From Camelus dromedarius (taxonomy: Eukaryota), in NCBI RefSeq assembly GCF_036321535.1, contig NC_087436.1, positions 16,802,001-16,866,000 on the forward strand: 64,000 bases of DNA. The letters are read 5' to 3'. A program made the position numbers and the translations under genes. The notes under the pieces were generated by a model, which was not told where the DNA came from, did no database searches, and worked only from the letters and a program-made list of their open reading frames with translations. This document shows, in pieces, positions 13,742 to 26,229 of the stretch; position 1 is the stretch's first letter, and every line of letters begins with the position of its first letter.

Positions 13742-13833
13742 AAAAATTTTTTTTAATGGAGGTTCTGGTGATTGAATGCATGATCTTGTGCCTGCTAAGC
13801 ATGCACTCTACCACTGAGTTATACCCACCCCCC
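13742..13833 (-). mobile_element. tRNA-derived SINE (vic-1-like, camelid type) with perfect TSD
   Basis: Reverse complement gggggtgggtataactcagtggtagagtgcatgcttagcaggcacaagatcatgcattcaatcaccagaacctccattaaaaaaaa has A/B-box remnants. TSD ATAGCAACTT at 13732-13741 and 13834-13843. Confidence 0.88.
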
Positions 13834-13851
13834 ATAGCAACTTTTAACTTA

Positions 13852-14355
13852 ATGTGCTGTCTGACATGGTATTCAATAGCCACATGTGGCTATTTAGTGC
13901 TTGAAATGTGGCTAGTGAAACTAAGGTACTGAGTATTTAATTTTAATTCATTTTAATTTCAATATAAAAACTGAAAATTCAGTTATTGGAAAACTTTTAA
14001 GCATATTTATGCAAACTTGGGTATGTGAATCTATTTTCTTAATGGGACGTTTTATCAATACAGATCAAGTATTTCTGATAGAAATCAGCATCTGAACTGA
14101 GATGTATGTAACTGCAAAATACATGATTTTGAAGACAGAACAAAAGAGAATGCAAAATATCTCCTTAATTTTAAATTTTGATTAATGTTGAAATGATAAT
14201 AGTTGGATATATTTTATTTAAATAAAATATTCTATAAAATTATTATATGTTATTAAAATTAATTTCACCTCTTTTCACTTTAAAAAATATGACTACTTGA
14301 AATTATTCAGTTACAAATGCAGCTCACAATATTTTTCATTTAGAGCTGATCTAGA
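13852..14355. mobile_element. hAT-Charlie DNA transposon remnant (MER3/MER33/Charlie1-like)
   Basis: tagccacatgtggctatttagtgcttgaaatgtggctagtg ... attaaaattaatttcacctc ... tctaga. Confidence 0.75.
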
Positions 14356-17151
14356 CTTGGCAACACTTCAAGTAGTCCTAAATTTAGGCTTAGGTAGCAT
14401 GATTGAGAAACATATAGTGCTGCCCATAGAGCTGAGATTATTAAGATTTTCCACTCTGTTCCCTCCCCTTGGCTCCGTGACCCCAGGCAGTGTATGACAC
14501 AGGCCAGCTGGCTTCTGTGCAGGACTACGAATAGAATGCTGTGTGGATCACTTTAACTGTCTTCCAATTTGGATACTACAGCACATTTTTCAAGATGGAA
14601 AGGGCAGAAAGGGAGAAAGATCCAGGAAGTGGAGGAGGAATGTTCTCTTGTTTCATTTTGCCTTTGGGTCATGCTCATAATTAACTTAAATTATATTTGA
14701 AGTCTTGCTTCTATGAACTTGGAATCCCCCTACGACTCCTTAGCAACCCAACCTCTGTCTGAGAAATATTAACATAGAGATTTTTTTTTTGGTGAGGGAG
14801 TACATTGTAAAATCTCTCTGAGGTATATATAGGACACCTATTAATCATTTATTGTTGCAGAGTAAAAGACACTAAAGAAAGAATAAAGAAAGTGGAGAAG
14901 TGAGAAAAATTGTGTCTGTAAGAGACAACAGAATGCCTTTAAGTTGGAACTGAAAAGTTGGGTCTTAACACAGTATGTGTTATAGAAAAATTGTTGAATA
15001 TAGGTTTTAGGAAATGATAGCCATATGCCACTTGAAGTTTGCATGTTGCTTGGTTTTTAAATTTTTTCTGAAAAGAAATTAGAAATACATTTTTTTCTTC
15101 ACCTACAAGTAATAGAATTGAATATAAACTGTTTAATTTGAGATTTCTCTCAAAGTGCGTCTCTTCACTTTCTAACTTCTACAACTCTTGGCCCTAGAAG
15201 TAATGAAAGGATCTTGGTTCTAGCTTCCCTCTACTGCTTCTCCTTTCTAAGTTACTATTGTCTCCTAGCCCTTCACTTGTTTTTTACTTGTTTGGTGTGT
15301 GTTTGTTATTTTCAGCCAAGGAATTTTTTTCCTACAAAATAAAGTTTAGGAACAGCTCAAATATGTATAACAGGTAAGATCTAAGTTGCTCATATTGAAG
15401 AAGAGCCCCCAAGGCAGTGAAATTGATGAAGCACGATTTTAAAACCCTTGCCTGAATCTGGATTTTATCAATGTGTTATTTCTTTTGGGCTATTTCTATT
15501 TTAAATCTTATCTCTATTAATACAATGTAAAGGCTTATTTCTTTAAAGGAAAATTCATACATTAATGAGCTGGCAGTAGCGAGTGTGGGTGATTTATGTT
15601 GACCTCTGTCACAGTGTGTTACCGAGGTCGTGACGTTTATTTACAGTTTTTTTCTGGCGTTAGGCTCTAGGCACCTGGAAGGCAGGGATACCAAGTGTCA
15701 TATTTATTTCAGTACATTTAGCACCAAAATAGCATCTAGGACTTATTAGGTGCTTAACTAAAGTATGCTGAACTGAGTCTTACTGAGCGTGAGGTAGGGT
15801 TTTTTTTTTTACCACCTGTGAAACCAAACACACAGGCAGTCAGGCACTTACTCTGACTCTATAAACAAGAGTGGCTATAGCCTTGTGGCCATACATCTTT
15901 GTTAAGAATATCTTCTTAGTAAATTTTTGTGAAGTCTCTGAAGAACACAGCCTGTTTGTAGGAAGAATAGAACCCTGTGATTAAGGCCAGTAGTTTTTGT
16001 TATGGTTATTAAAGAAAACACATGTTTGCTAGTCCTTAGGTCTTTTTGGATGCAGAAAAGACTTGCTTAATGATTACAATCAAGAGATGGCCAATGGCTC
16101 ATTCGCTATCATAGTTTCCATAATTAGATTTTCTTCTGGTGTCTTCACTTCAGCGATTTACTAGGCTAATTATACAGAATCTATAAAGCGTTAAGAGAAA
16201 TCTGAAGTTTTATGAACTATTAATCATAATAGCATTAAACTGATGATATATGAAGAGTGGATTTTTTAAAAAGTATAAAATAAATAAAAGAAAACATTTT
16301 AGGCTGGTGAAATCACTTGGCATTAGAGATTCATTTTCTTTCCCTAAGGGAATGTTAATATTTGCACTCATGTTTTAGATAAATTTGTTATGACTATTTC
16401 AACCTCTTCATGAACTTTATCATAAAGTATTTGTTATTGTTTATAATGATTTTTATTGCATTTTGGAGATTTAGTCACTTGAAGATCCAAAGTATGAAGA
16501 AATTTTATTATTTGCAAACCTACTAATTAATTAGTTTTGGGTAAAAAGTATAATAAGACTAGACTATTTCAAACTGATTTAGAAAGTTGAAATTTATCTT
16601 TGGGCTATTGAAGAAATGAAGATGGATTGATGAAATCAGTTATATAAACCTTGTTGGGGAAAAGTTTAACCCAATGACAGTAATACAACTATAACTACGG
16701 TAATAATAATTCCTCACAGTTATCGAAAGCTTATATGTGTCAGAGACTGTGCTAAGTGCTTTTTAACCAAGTCCAGTTTAATCCTCAAAACAACTGTGGG
16801 TGTACAGGATACATTAGTATTATTAGTGCCTTCATTTTACAATAAAATATGGCTCATGAACAAATTGGAATTCAGAGCAAAATGATATGACTCAGGAATG
16901 AGAGCCCTTAAAAATTATTTTATATGTTGTGGTTATGTATTTGCAAATAAACAAAGCCTTAATTATAGATTTTTTTAACAGGGAAGAAGCAGACCTTGAC
17001 AACTTACTTTTAATAACTGAAGTGATAATGTGCACTTGAATGTATAAAAGCTGCATGCTTACATGCTTACCAATTGTGAACAAAGAAACAGAAGCCTCAA
17101 GGATTATTAACTGGCTGAATTCTTAACATCAAAGTTGTTTAATTTCTTGTA

Positions 17152-17283
17152 ATTTTAGACTCATTTGTTGAATATATACATATCCTTGGATATTATAAAA
17201 ATAAAAACACACTCTAGATTTTAGACTCATTTGTTGAATATATACATATCCTTGGATATTATAAAAATAAAAACACACTCTAG
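17152..17283. repeat. Perfect 66-bp tandem duplication
   Basis: attttagactcatttgttgaatatatacatatccttggatattataaaaataaaaacacactctag at 17152-17217 and 17218-17283. Confidence 0.97.
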
Positions 17284-17844
17284 GCATTGAGTTATGAGTT
17301 ACCTTGTGATGCCTGAGAATTTAACTCTTTGGTTCAAAGGCTAATTTTTTAGTTATGGAAGAAAATCAGTACAGCTGCCTCAGCACCTTAAACGACAATG
17401 AGGGCTCAGGACTGCTGACTTGCAGTCAGTATGTCTATGTCTGTTTCAGGATCTGCATGAAAGCACATTCTTCTAGTGGTGGCTGCCTTTCTCTGCCCCT
17501 TTAAGAACAGTCCCGGATCTTGTTTTGTTCGAGAGCCTCCTGGCCTGACTGTCTGGGCTGGCTGTGGCGGTACCTTGATGAGTCAGAATCTACCTGCTGG
17601 CTCCAAGAAGGCCATTAGGGTTGCCAGAGTGTACACTAGCTCCTCCACAGTTCACAGACAGATGAGGATGGCAAATATCAGACACACTGGTCAACAAAGA
17701 GCCCAGCGAGAAAGAAAATGCTACCTTGGGAATTTAACTTCTCTGTCAAAGACCAAGTTTTAGTTATGAACTGGAGAATCAGGATGGCTCTATCAGCACA
17801 TTAAATCACAATAAGGGCAAAGGATTGTTGGCTTGAAATGAAAG

Positions 17845-18209
17845 TGTCTTAGTCCACTCAGGATGCTGTAACAAAATACCATAATGTGGGTGACTTATAA
17901 ACAACAGGAATTTATTTCTTACAGTTCTGGAGGCTGGAAGTCCATCCAGGATCCTGGTGTCAGCATATTTGTTGTCTGGTAAAGGCCTGCTTCCTCACTG
18001 ATGGCTGTCTTCTCACCATAGGCTTGCATGGTACAAGGGGCTGTGTAGCTTTCTGGGGTCTCTTTTGTAAGAGCACTAATCTCAATCATGAGGACTTCAC
18101 CCTCACGGACTAATCACTTGCCAAAGGGCCCGCCTCCTAATACCATCACTTTGGGCATTAGGTTTCAACATACGAATTTTGGATGGACACATATATCCAG
18201 TCCATAGCA
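17845..18209 (-). mobile_element. Complete solo MaLR LTR (MLT1A-type)
   Basis: TG...CA termini (tgtcttagtcc ... ccatagca); perfect 5-bp TSD GAAAG at 17840-17844 and 18210-18214. Confidence 0.92.
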
Positions 18210-19424
18210 GAAAGTGCCAATAAACTATGAGTACTTCACTAGGGTGACCAGCCAAACCTCAGAGGAGTCTCCAGTACTCTCAAGGAGTGCATGAAATTAG
18301 AAAAACCAGCAGATATGTTTAAAAAAAAACACAAAAAAATAACAAGTACCTCAGGAGGCCAGCACTTTGTGGGCACCTGGTTGACGGACTTTAGAGGGCA
18401 GTTGGGCACCCTTATCTCAGAGCTTTATCTGAAAATGAAGACTGGATTATCTCTAAGGTCTTGTTTCGAATGAAGATGCAATAGTTTTCGTGAAGGTACA
18501 TTTTCACCAAAAACTAATGACTTAATCAATCATTACATATATTAATAAATGATGTTTTTCATGTGTATGACACAGGGCATTATAAGTAATTACAAAGGAG
18601 GTTTGATTAGTCGGAAGAAGGGAATTAAAGGAGAAAAGATTGTCATGAGAGGAGAAACGAAGAGGATAATTTGTGGAGTCACACCTTGTAATAGTTCACT
18701 GCCCTGCCTCTGAGAACTAAGTGGTCTGGTTAGAAGGCCCTCAAAGTAGCTTTAGATTTTAGTTGAAATTTGATGAAATAGACAGTTTAAATTTCTGAAC
18801 TCTTGTCTCTTCCATGTGAGGACAGTGTGTCTTATGGCTTTGGATAGTAAAATTTATATGAGCCATTTTATGATTCACATGTGACTTTGTGCTCCCATCT
18901 CTTCAAAGAATATGTACACTTCTTCAGAAGCATGTGTCTGAAGTCTTGACAACTACTTTGGGAAAGAAGATTAAAAAAAAATCTATCAACCATTATCCTT
19001 AGACATATGTAGACAGCCTTGCATGGGGGGAGATACAGTGGCAAGTGTGGGAGAACAGGGAGATTTGAGTTTGGTAATGACTTTACAGCACCTTCCATAA
19101 GTAAGAGTGGAAGGATAGGGGAAGATAGAAAGCAAGGGGAGAGTTGTTTTTTCTAGAATAACTACCGAGTGACAGTTCCATGCCCAATGATGGGACATCT
19201 TAGTAGATACTTCCCTCAGTAGCATCTTAGAAACACTTACTAGTGTGTCTAACCTAACACTTTTAAGGTGGCTTAGAGTCCAGTTGTCCCTCCCCTTCAT
19301 TGCTAGGGTCTCCCCCAGCTCTAGTCCTCAGGATGCCATTGCCCCAAAGTTACAGCTGCCTGTGGCCCACGAGTCTACATGGTAAAATACAAGGAGACAT
19401 TTTGTGAGAGAATGAAGAGTTTGC

Positions 19425-20680
19425 CCTAGTATTTCATTATGAAATATTCAAACATATAGCAAAATTGAAAGGATTTTAAATCAACACCCTTAGACCTACC
19501 ACCCAGTGCTTACCAGTAATGTTTTATTGTATTTGATTTATCACATATCCATCTTTCAACATACATATAAACACATACCCTTAGTCAGATTTCAGTATTT
19601 GTTTTTAGTTCTTCTGTTGATGTAAAATGTACTACAATGAGATGTATAAATCTTAGGTGTACATTCACTGAGTTGTGATACTATGCCTGTGCAATCTACT
19701 GTGTATCAAGATATAGAATACTGTCATCACCCCAGAAATTTCCTTCATGTCCCATCTCAGTCAATCCATGAAGAATCACTGTTCTGGCCTTTCTCCTATA
19801 TATTAGCTTTGTTGACACTATAATTTCAGATAGCTGGAACCATACAGTATTTTTTTTGTCATTATGCTTACTTGGCATAATGTTTTTGAGATTCATTCTT
19901 GTTGTGTATATCAGTAATTGGATTCTTTTGTTGTTGTTGTTGCTGAGTAGTATTTTATTGTAGGAGTATCCCTTGGTTTATTTACTCATCTCTTGTTGAT
20001 GCCCATCTGGGCCGTTTCCAGTTTGGAACTATAATAAATAAAGTTGCTATGAGCATTTTTGTATGAGTCTTTTGTAAATAATATGTTCCATTCTCATTGG
20101 TAAACACCTAGGAGTGGGATTGCTCAGTTACAGGGTAGGTGTATATTAGGTTTTATAAGAAATTGCTTTATCTTTTCCAAACTGATTATCCTATTTTACA
20201 TTTCCACCAAGGACACTTGAGGGCTCCGGTAGCTCACCAGTGTTGATTGTGATGTCTTTTTCATTTTAGCCATTCTGGTGGGTATGTGGTGGTATCTGCT
20301 ATGGTCTGAATGCTTCTGTCCCACTAAAACTTGTATGTTGAGATCATAACCCCCAAAGGTGATGGTATTAGGAGGTGAGGCCTTTGGGAGGGGATTAGGT
20401 CATGGGGATGGAGCCCTTGTGAATGGGATGAGTGCTGGTATGAAAGAGGGCCCACAGACCTTCCTACGCCCTTCCACCGTGTGAGGATAACACTGGACAT
20501 CTGTGACCAGGAAGAGGGCCCCCACTTTACCATGCTGGCACCCGGATCTTGGACTTCAGCCTCCAGAACTGACATAAATAAATTTTTGTTATTTACAAGT
20601 TACCCAGTCTGTGGCATATTGTTATAGCCGCCCAGATAGACTAAAATAATGTCTTTTTGTGATTTTGATTAGCATGAAGA
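19425..20680 (-). mobile_element. Old L1M 3' fragment split by an MLT1A LTR
   Basis: gatatagaatactgtcatcaccccagaaa, ttgttgatgcccatctgggccgtttccagtttgg, cattttagccattctggtgggtatgtggtggtatc, then continues after the LTR. Confidence 0.78.
20297..20648 (+). mobile_element. Solo MaLR LTR (MLT1A-type)
   Basis: Starts tgctatggtctgaatg, contains tcttggacttcagcctccagaactg and aataaa, ends gactaaaata. Confidence 0.9.
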
Positions 20681-21556
20681 TAGAGTTTTTAATTGCTTAA
20701 AATTTAAGTGGGTGAGAAGAAGAGAGAGAAAATCTTGAACCTAGTAGTACTAAAGGAGGCATAGTCAAAGAAATGAGGAACACACTGACTAGACTGAAAA
20801 GCTAATTTGAGAAAGCAATATATTTAAATTTTACTGAGTCCAGGTTGAGAGAAGGAAGTCAAGAAACGCATAAATGTCAGAATCATCTAATAAAGGAAAC
20901 GTATAAGAAGGAAATCTTACACAGGACTAAATGGAGATGATGCATTCTGTGTACATGCTATAGAATTCTATACATAGCTGTCAGTAAAGTGAATAAATTA
21001 AGAATCTTAGAAAATTTAAATGAGAAGAGTTATCATTATAATGTTACCCATTTGTAGGTATGTGTATTTTTTATTTCAATGATATTTCTACTTAATAAAC
21101 CTTTTGAGTTTTATTTTACAATGATAATCTTACCAACAAGTTGTAAGGTAAATATCCTTGAAGAAATGTACAGCTGTATTAATTAGTCATCAGGTATAGA
21201 CAACACAGATTTATCAACAATTTTTGTGTCTACATAATGTTGTGTCTTCTGGAAGAACTTTCAGAACTAAAGGAGATTTTAGTTTTATGTTTTCTTTGGT
21301 TTCCCTGGACTTTAATAATTTAGGATACTCTACTTAACTCTGACTAAGCTGTATTTTTTTAAAGTAAAATATTACAATACAGGAAAATTAACTTATTTTG
21401 CATCCATTTATAATGTCCACTTATGAAATTCTCTTTTTATAATGTCCTGCAAGATTCATAACTCTCCAAATATTAATTTTGTAGTTTTGCCACTTTTGAT
21501 TATAAAGTACATTAACTACATTAAAAAAATAAAATGTTTCTGTGTTTCTGTTTTAG

Positions 21557-21639
21557 GTCCTATATTAGAGATTCCCAAGCAAGATTTTTTTCAAGAAGCA
21601 AAAACTCTTATTGCCCAACATTATGAGAAAATAAATGAG
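21557..21639 (+). CDS. IQCM: IQCM coding exon 2 (83 nt), PILEIPKQDFFQEAKTLIAQHYEKINE
   Basis: Acceptor tttctgttttag|GT, donor GAG|gttagt; lies within ORF 21442..21711; peptide recognisable as IQCM. Confidence 0.93.
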
Positions 21640-23426
21640 GTTAGTGCTTTGCATTTATCTAGCATTATTATTTTTCAGGAATCTAGTCACAATTTTTATA
21701 TACTACAATGATTGTTCCAAATGATTGCATGCACTCTGATAGATTCTGAATAGAAGAGAAAATGAAATCCTTACTAGATATAAAAATTGATTTCAGATTG
21801 CATTTAAAAATAAGATTTTTCAGCTCTGCAGATTATTTAATTGCATATGTATTAAATTTTCACATTTAATTTAATTTTTAATGTTTTCTGTTGATGAAAT
21901 ATCTCAAGTAAATGTCCCTCTTTAAACACAGTTGGACAAAGCTAAACTAGAAAATGTGCTGTAAGATGTGTCTCTCCTATGTCACCAGCATGACCTGCTT
22001 ACCTTTGTCTTCTTCCATATCACTTTGTGTTAGAACTGTTCACCAATCTGATAGCTCCTTAAGGGCAGTGACTATCTTTTTGGAATCGTGTATCTCCATC
22101 AGCGAGCTTTGGGTCTGGCTCAATAAACATTTGCTGAATGGTGTAGATTTGGAAGGTGAGAAGGAATGAAAGGGAAAGGGGTGGTAAAGAGACAGGAGAG
22201 GGGGTACAGGGTGAGATTTTGGGGGAGCACATCTACAGAGGAGATGGGAGATTTGGGGAGCAGCTGTTACTGTGACAAATGGTCCTTTAGGGGACAGGTG
22301 AGGGAAGGGGATCTTAGGATGGTTTACTGTGTGCCACACTACCCTATTACCTTTTGAATATGTTTTTAAAATGTAATTATAAATAAAGATTTTAAATATT
22401 TTTCAAAGCTTACTGTGTTGGGGAAGAGGCTTATAATTTTTACATGTGTTTCTTTTGCATGGTCCTTTATGCTTAGGCTGGTCGTAGATGGTTTTAATCT
22501 TGTAATCAACGTTGTTAACATTGCTTAACTAATTTTTCCTTCTAATCAATGAAAAGTACTTTTACATTATATTAATTTCACTGGGAGACATGTGAGATGA
22601 AAAGTCCACAGTTTTCAGAGTTAGCTAGCTGTGCCTTAGAACCTTGACCTATTTTTAGAATGTCACCTAATAATAGCAGCATAATATTCCATCTTTGGTT
22701 ACTTGGCAAAATGTAATATTAGCAAGTAAAACCTCCTTATTGGCATCTTGAGTTTTCAACAGTTTTGAATTTGTCTAAACCTTTTCTGGGAGGCAGGGAG
22801 CAGTAGCTCTCTATCTGTGGGCCAGAGAATTACCAGACTAGAACAATTATAATTGTTTGGATAATTGTCTGTCAGACACTTGGGACTATATTTTTTTTTA
22901 TCACTTACAGTGGTCAAAATCAGTAAGTAGTTAAGTGGGAAAAAGGATCTGAAATACATATCTGATTACTAATATGCTTTTCTTAACCTATCTCCATATA
23001 TGAGCAGTTATTTCTGGTTCAACTGAGAGTTTTGGGAGTGTTAGCATTTTCTGGACATTTGAAGAGTCTTCAAAGATGGTTAAAAGTAATTAAATTATCC
23101 TATGTTTATGTGAAAACTTCTGCTTTAAAATGGATGTTAAGAAGCTGTATTTGAAAATATCACATTTAAGGAAAAAATTATGATTTTAAAATTTACATTT
23201 TTGTAAGTTGAATGTAACACTCATGCTTGTTAAGGGTTTTTGGAGAACTATAAAGGATAACAGCTAATTTATGTGATTACTATCATGTGCTTTAAGTAAA
23301 TGTCTGATATAGTAAGGTACTTTGGAAATTTATTTGTGAATATAATTTTATTAACTTACGAATAAAATGTATTACAAAATTTTATTATATAATTAATATT
23401 AAAATTTATTTTTGTTTTGTTTATAG

Positions 23427-23694
23427 AGTAAAGTTCAAGGTACTTCTATAAATGTTTTTAGAAATAAACATCAAAAACTGAAATCTAGCAAATTCATACC
23501 TTTGGAGATTAAAAAAAAGGAAACACTCGATGTGGTCCAAGAACTTCAGGTAGTGCACAAAAGGATTTGTTTTGCCAAAGACTATTCCAGAAGTGGGCCT
23601 TCTGAGGAGCCTCCACAACAAACTTCTTTCAAGGAGCCACACATTTTTAAAGTAAAACAAAAATGCAAGGAGGCTGTAGATCTAATTGTGACAG
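23427..23694 (+). CDS. IQCM: IQCM coding exon 3 (268 nt), SKVQGTSINVFRNKHQK...KEAVDLIVT
   Basis: Acceptor tttgttttgtttatag|AGT, donor CAG|gtaagt at 23695; open frame shared with ORF 23502..23801; phase 0 in, phase 1 out. Confidence 0.93.
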
Positions 23695-24319
23695 GTAAGT
23701 TTTTGGTGGAGCAAAGCAGTTCAGCAAACCAACAGGCAAAACTGTTTGCTTATGGTATGCTTAAATGGAATTTCCACATTCAAACAAACTCCACACTTTA
23801 AATGTTAGCAATGAAAGGTAGGGAGGCATGATTACAAATGCTGCTAACCTCTGGGGGCCGCCAGGAATTGAGAAGAGAGCATCGTAATGGGCAGGAGGAA
23901 TGCAGAGGAGGAAAATTGCTTAGCCTTGTCTTCCAACAGAGTGCTGTTCCTTCTGTCAGAGACTGTTTAGTCCACTGTTAGGAGAGCAATCAGAGATTTA
24001 TGGCCCTGAATTCTGTTGAGCGGGGTGGGAAGGTAGGTCACTATTGTGTGTTCCCTCAAAGCCCTAAAAGGATTTTTGGGAGCTGTAGAGTTTGCCTTTA
24101 AGACAAATTGTGGTAAAGTTTTATTCTCTCTCAGGAACCTGGTAAGGTTGAACCTAGAGGTCTATTTAAGGGAAGTGATACTGTGTTCCTGAGACTAATT
24201 TAATTTTTTTCCTGGCTAGAATAAATGACCTTTTAAAATACATTTCTAGTTATATAAGCTTTCATAACTTCATCTATATTTTTCTTCATTTTTGCTTATT
24301 ATATAGTTATTCATTCATT

Positions 24320-26200
24320 TGAATTTTTTTCATTCAATGAGTATCTTCTCTGTAGTAAGCTCTATGTTAGGAGTTGGAGAAACAAAGCTTGAAAGGCTCA
24401 GAGAGTAACAGTGGGGTTAAATACTTGGGTAATTCCTTTATCATATAGCATGACAACTGCTGTAATAGTGTAAGTACAAAGCATTATGGAGACACTGAGG
24501 AGTAACCAACCAGATGCTGGAATGAGAATTTCTCAGACGAGATCTCATTAGAAATCAGTGTTAGCAGAAATTTGTTAAAGGTAGGTGGAAACAGGAGAGG
24601 CCATTTTGAGCCATTTTGAACAGTGGGAGAAAAATATTAAAGCTCTAAAGGACAAAAAAAAAGTGATATGTTGTGGGAAAGGAGAGATATGGTAAGAAAT
24701 GAAATTGAGAAGATGGGTGAGGGTATATTAGGATGCCAATATAATAGCAGGCCTATGAATTGAACCTATGTGTGATGGAAAGCCAATGGTGATTTTAAAG
24801 TTGGGGATGGGAAGGGTGAGGTATGATCAGATCTTTTTATTAGAAAAAAATAAAACTGACATAGAGGCTTTGGAGAGAATGGTGGCAGAGGAGTAAGAGA
24901 GGAGGCTGCCCAGGAAAGAGATGGTCCATGTAAGGAGATGGCAGGGGCCTAAAGGAGGGCAGTGGTGAAGCATGAAGTGTGGGGGTGGGGTGTTACAGCA
25001 GCATTTCTCAAAGCGTAGTTTTGAGAACACTTGTCCTCAGTGATTCACCTTGATACAAGGGTTCTTTGGTTAGATAAGTTTGAAAAAATGTATTTACTTC
25101 TTGGAGATTGATATATTGAAAGCTCTAAGAAATACTACAAAAAGAAATCTGTTTAATGTTTTTAACTTGGCTGTCATCAATTCCTTTGACCAGAGAATTC
25201 CTAAAGAAAGATATTCAGGTCTCTAGACTGGAAAATTAGACAGACACCATTAAGCTGAGATAGGAATTCAGAGGGAGAAGCAGATTTAGGACAGTGAAAA
25301 AAGGGGTGGGAAAGATGATAAATAAAGTTTTAGACCTGTTAGGTATACATACATATGGAGATAACCATTAGGAAGTTGAAAATAGCATTTAGGAGAGAGA
25401 TGGGTGAAGACTGAAGACTGATTTTGGGGGTCAGTAACAAACTAAAATTGTGGGGCTCATGTATGTGTTCAACCAACATTTATTTAGTATGTGAGATATA
25501 TAGAGATAAAAGATATGCTACTTGCCCTTATGAAGTTCAAATTTGATATTTATCATTTGTGTGTAGTTGGATGGAGGATAGATAATTACAGTATAGTGTG
25601 ACTGTAGTGAAAAACAAGCTCTACTGTTTTGAAATCAATTGGAAAGATACCTAATTCAGGATTAGGAATAGGGCAGGATTCCCAGATTTAAAGTCTGAAA
25701 AATTTTGAAGGATGAATAAGTGTTAACTCAAGAAAGAAGAAAAGTCCTGTCTGGTTAGAGGATCTGGCATCTACATGATAAGGGATATCTGAGAAAGTGA
25801 TTACATTACACTTGAGGGAACTGAAATGCTTTTTACAAAACTGAAACATGAGGATTGGAAAGTAATTAGAGATGAGACTAGAAGTTGAAGAACATTGAAT
25901 TTGAACCTAAAAGTAATCCAGATGTTTTAGAGAAAAGTTGCAGTGATAAAATTTGCATTTTAAAACATTTACTGTGGGCAGAGATGAGGTATGATTAGTT
26001 TTGGAGGCACAGAGACCAATGAGGAGATAGTAATTTGTGGGAGAAAGAATGAATTGAATTGAGGTAGTGGCCCTGGGGATAGAACTGTGAGGAGAGATTT
26101 TAGAGATATTTGAGAAGTAGAGTTATCTACATTTTGTCAACAATAAGGTAGAACATAAGATAGAGGGAAGGCCTTTGGGATTCATTGGCTTAGTGGTACT
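24320..26200 (-). mobile_element. Cluster of degraded LINE-2 fragments with a hAT-like insert at about 24995-25200
   Basis: ttcattcattt L2 tail, ggaaagccaatggtgattttaaag, tgaggtagtggccctgggga; cagcatttctcaaag is a Charlie-like end. Confidence 0.65.
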
Positions 26201-26229
26201 AAGTGGCAGCATGGTAACAGATACAGCGC

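Noticed and set aside
23695..23801. Alternative terminal extension of exon 3 (frame stays open about 35 codons into the intron)
   Set aside because: This length is expected by chance, the donor CAG|gtaagt is consensus, and the nearest AATAAA (about 24220) is unremarkable in AT-rich DNA.
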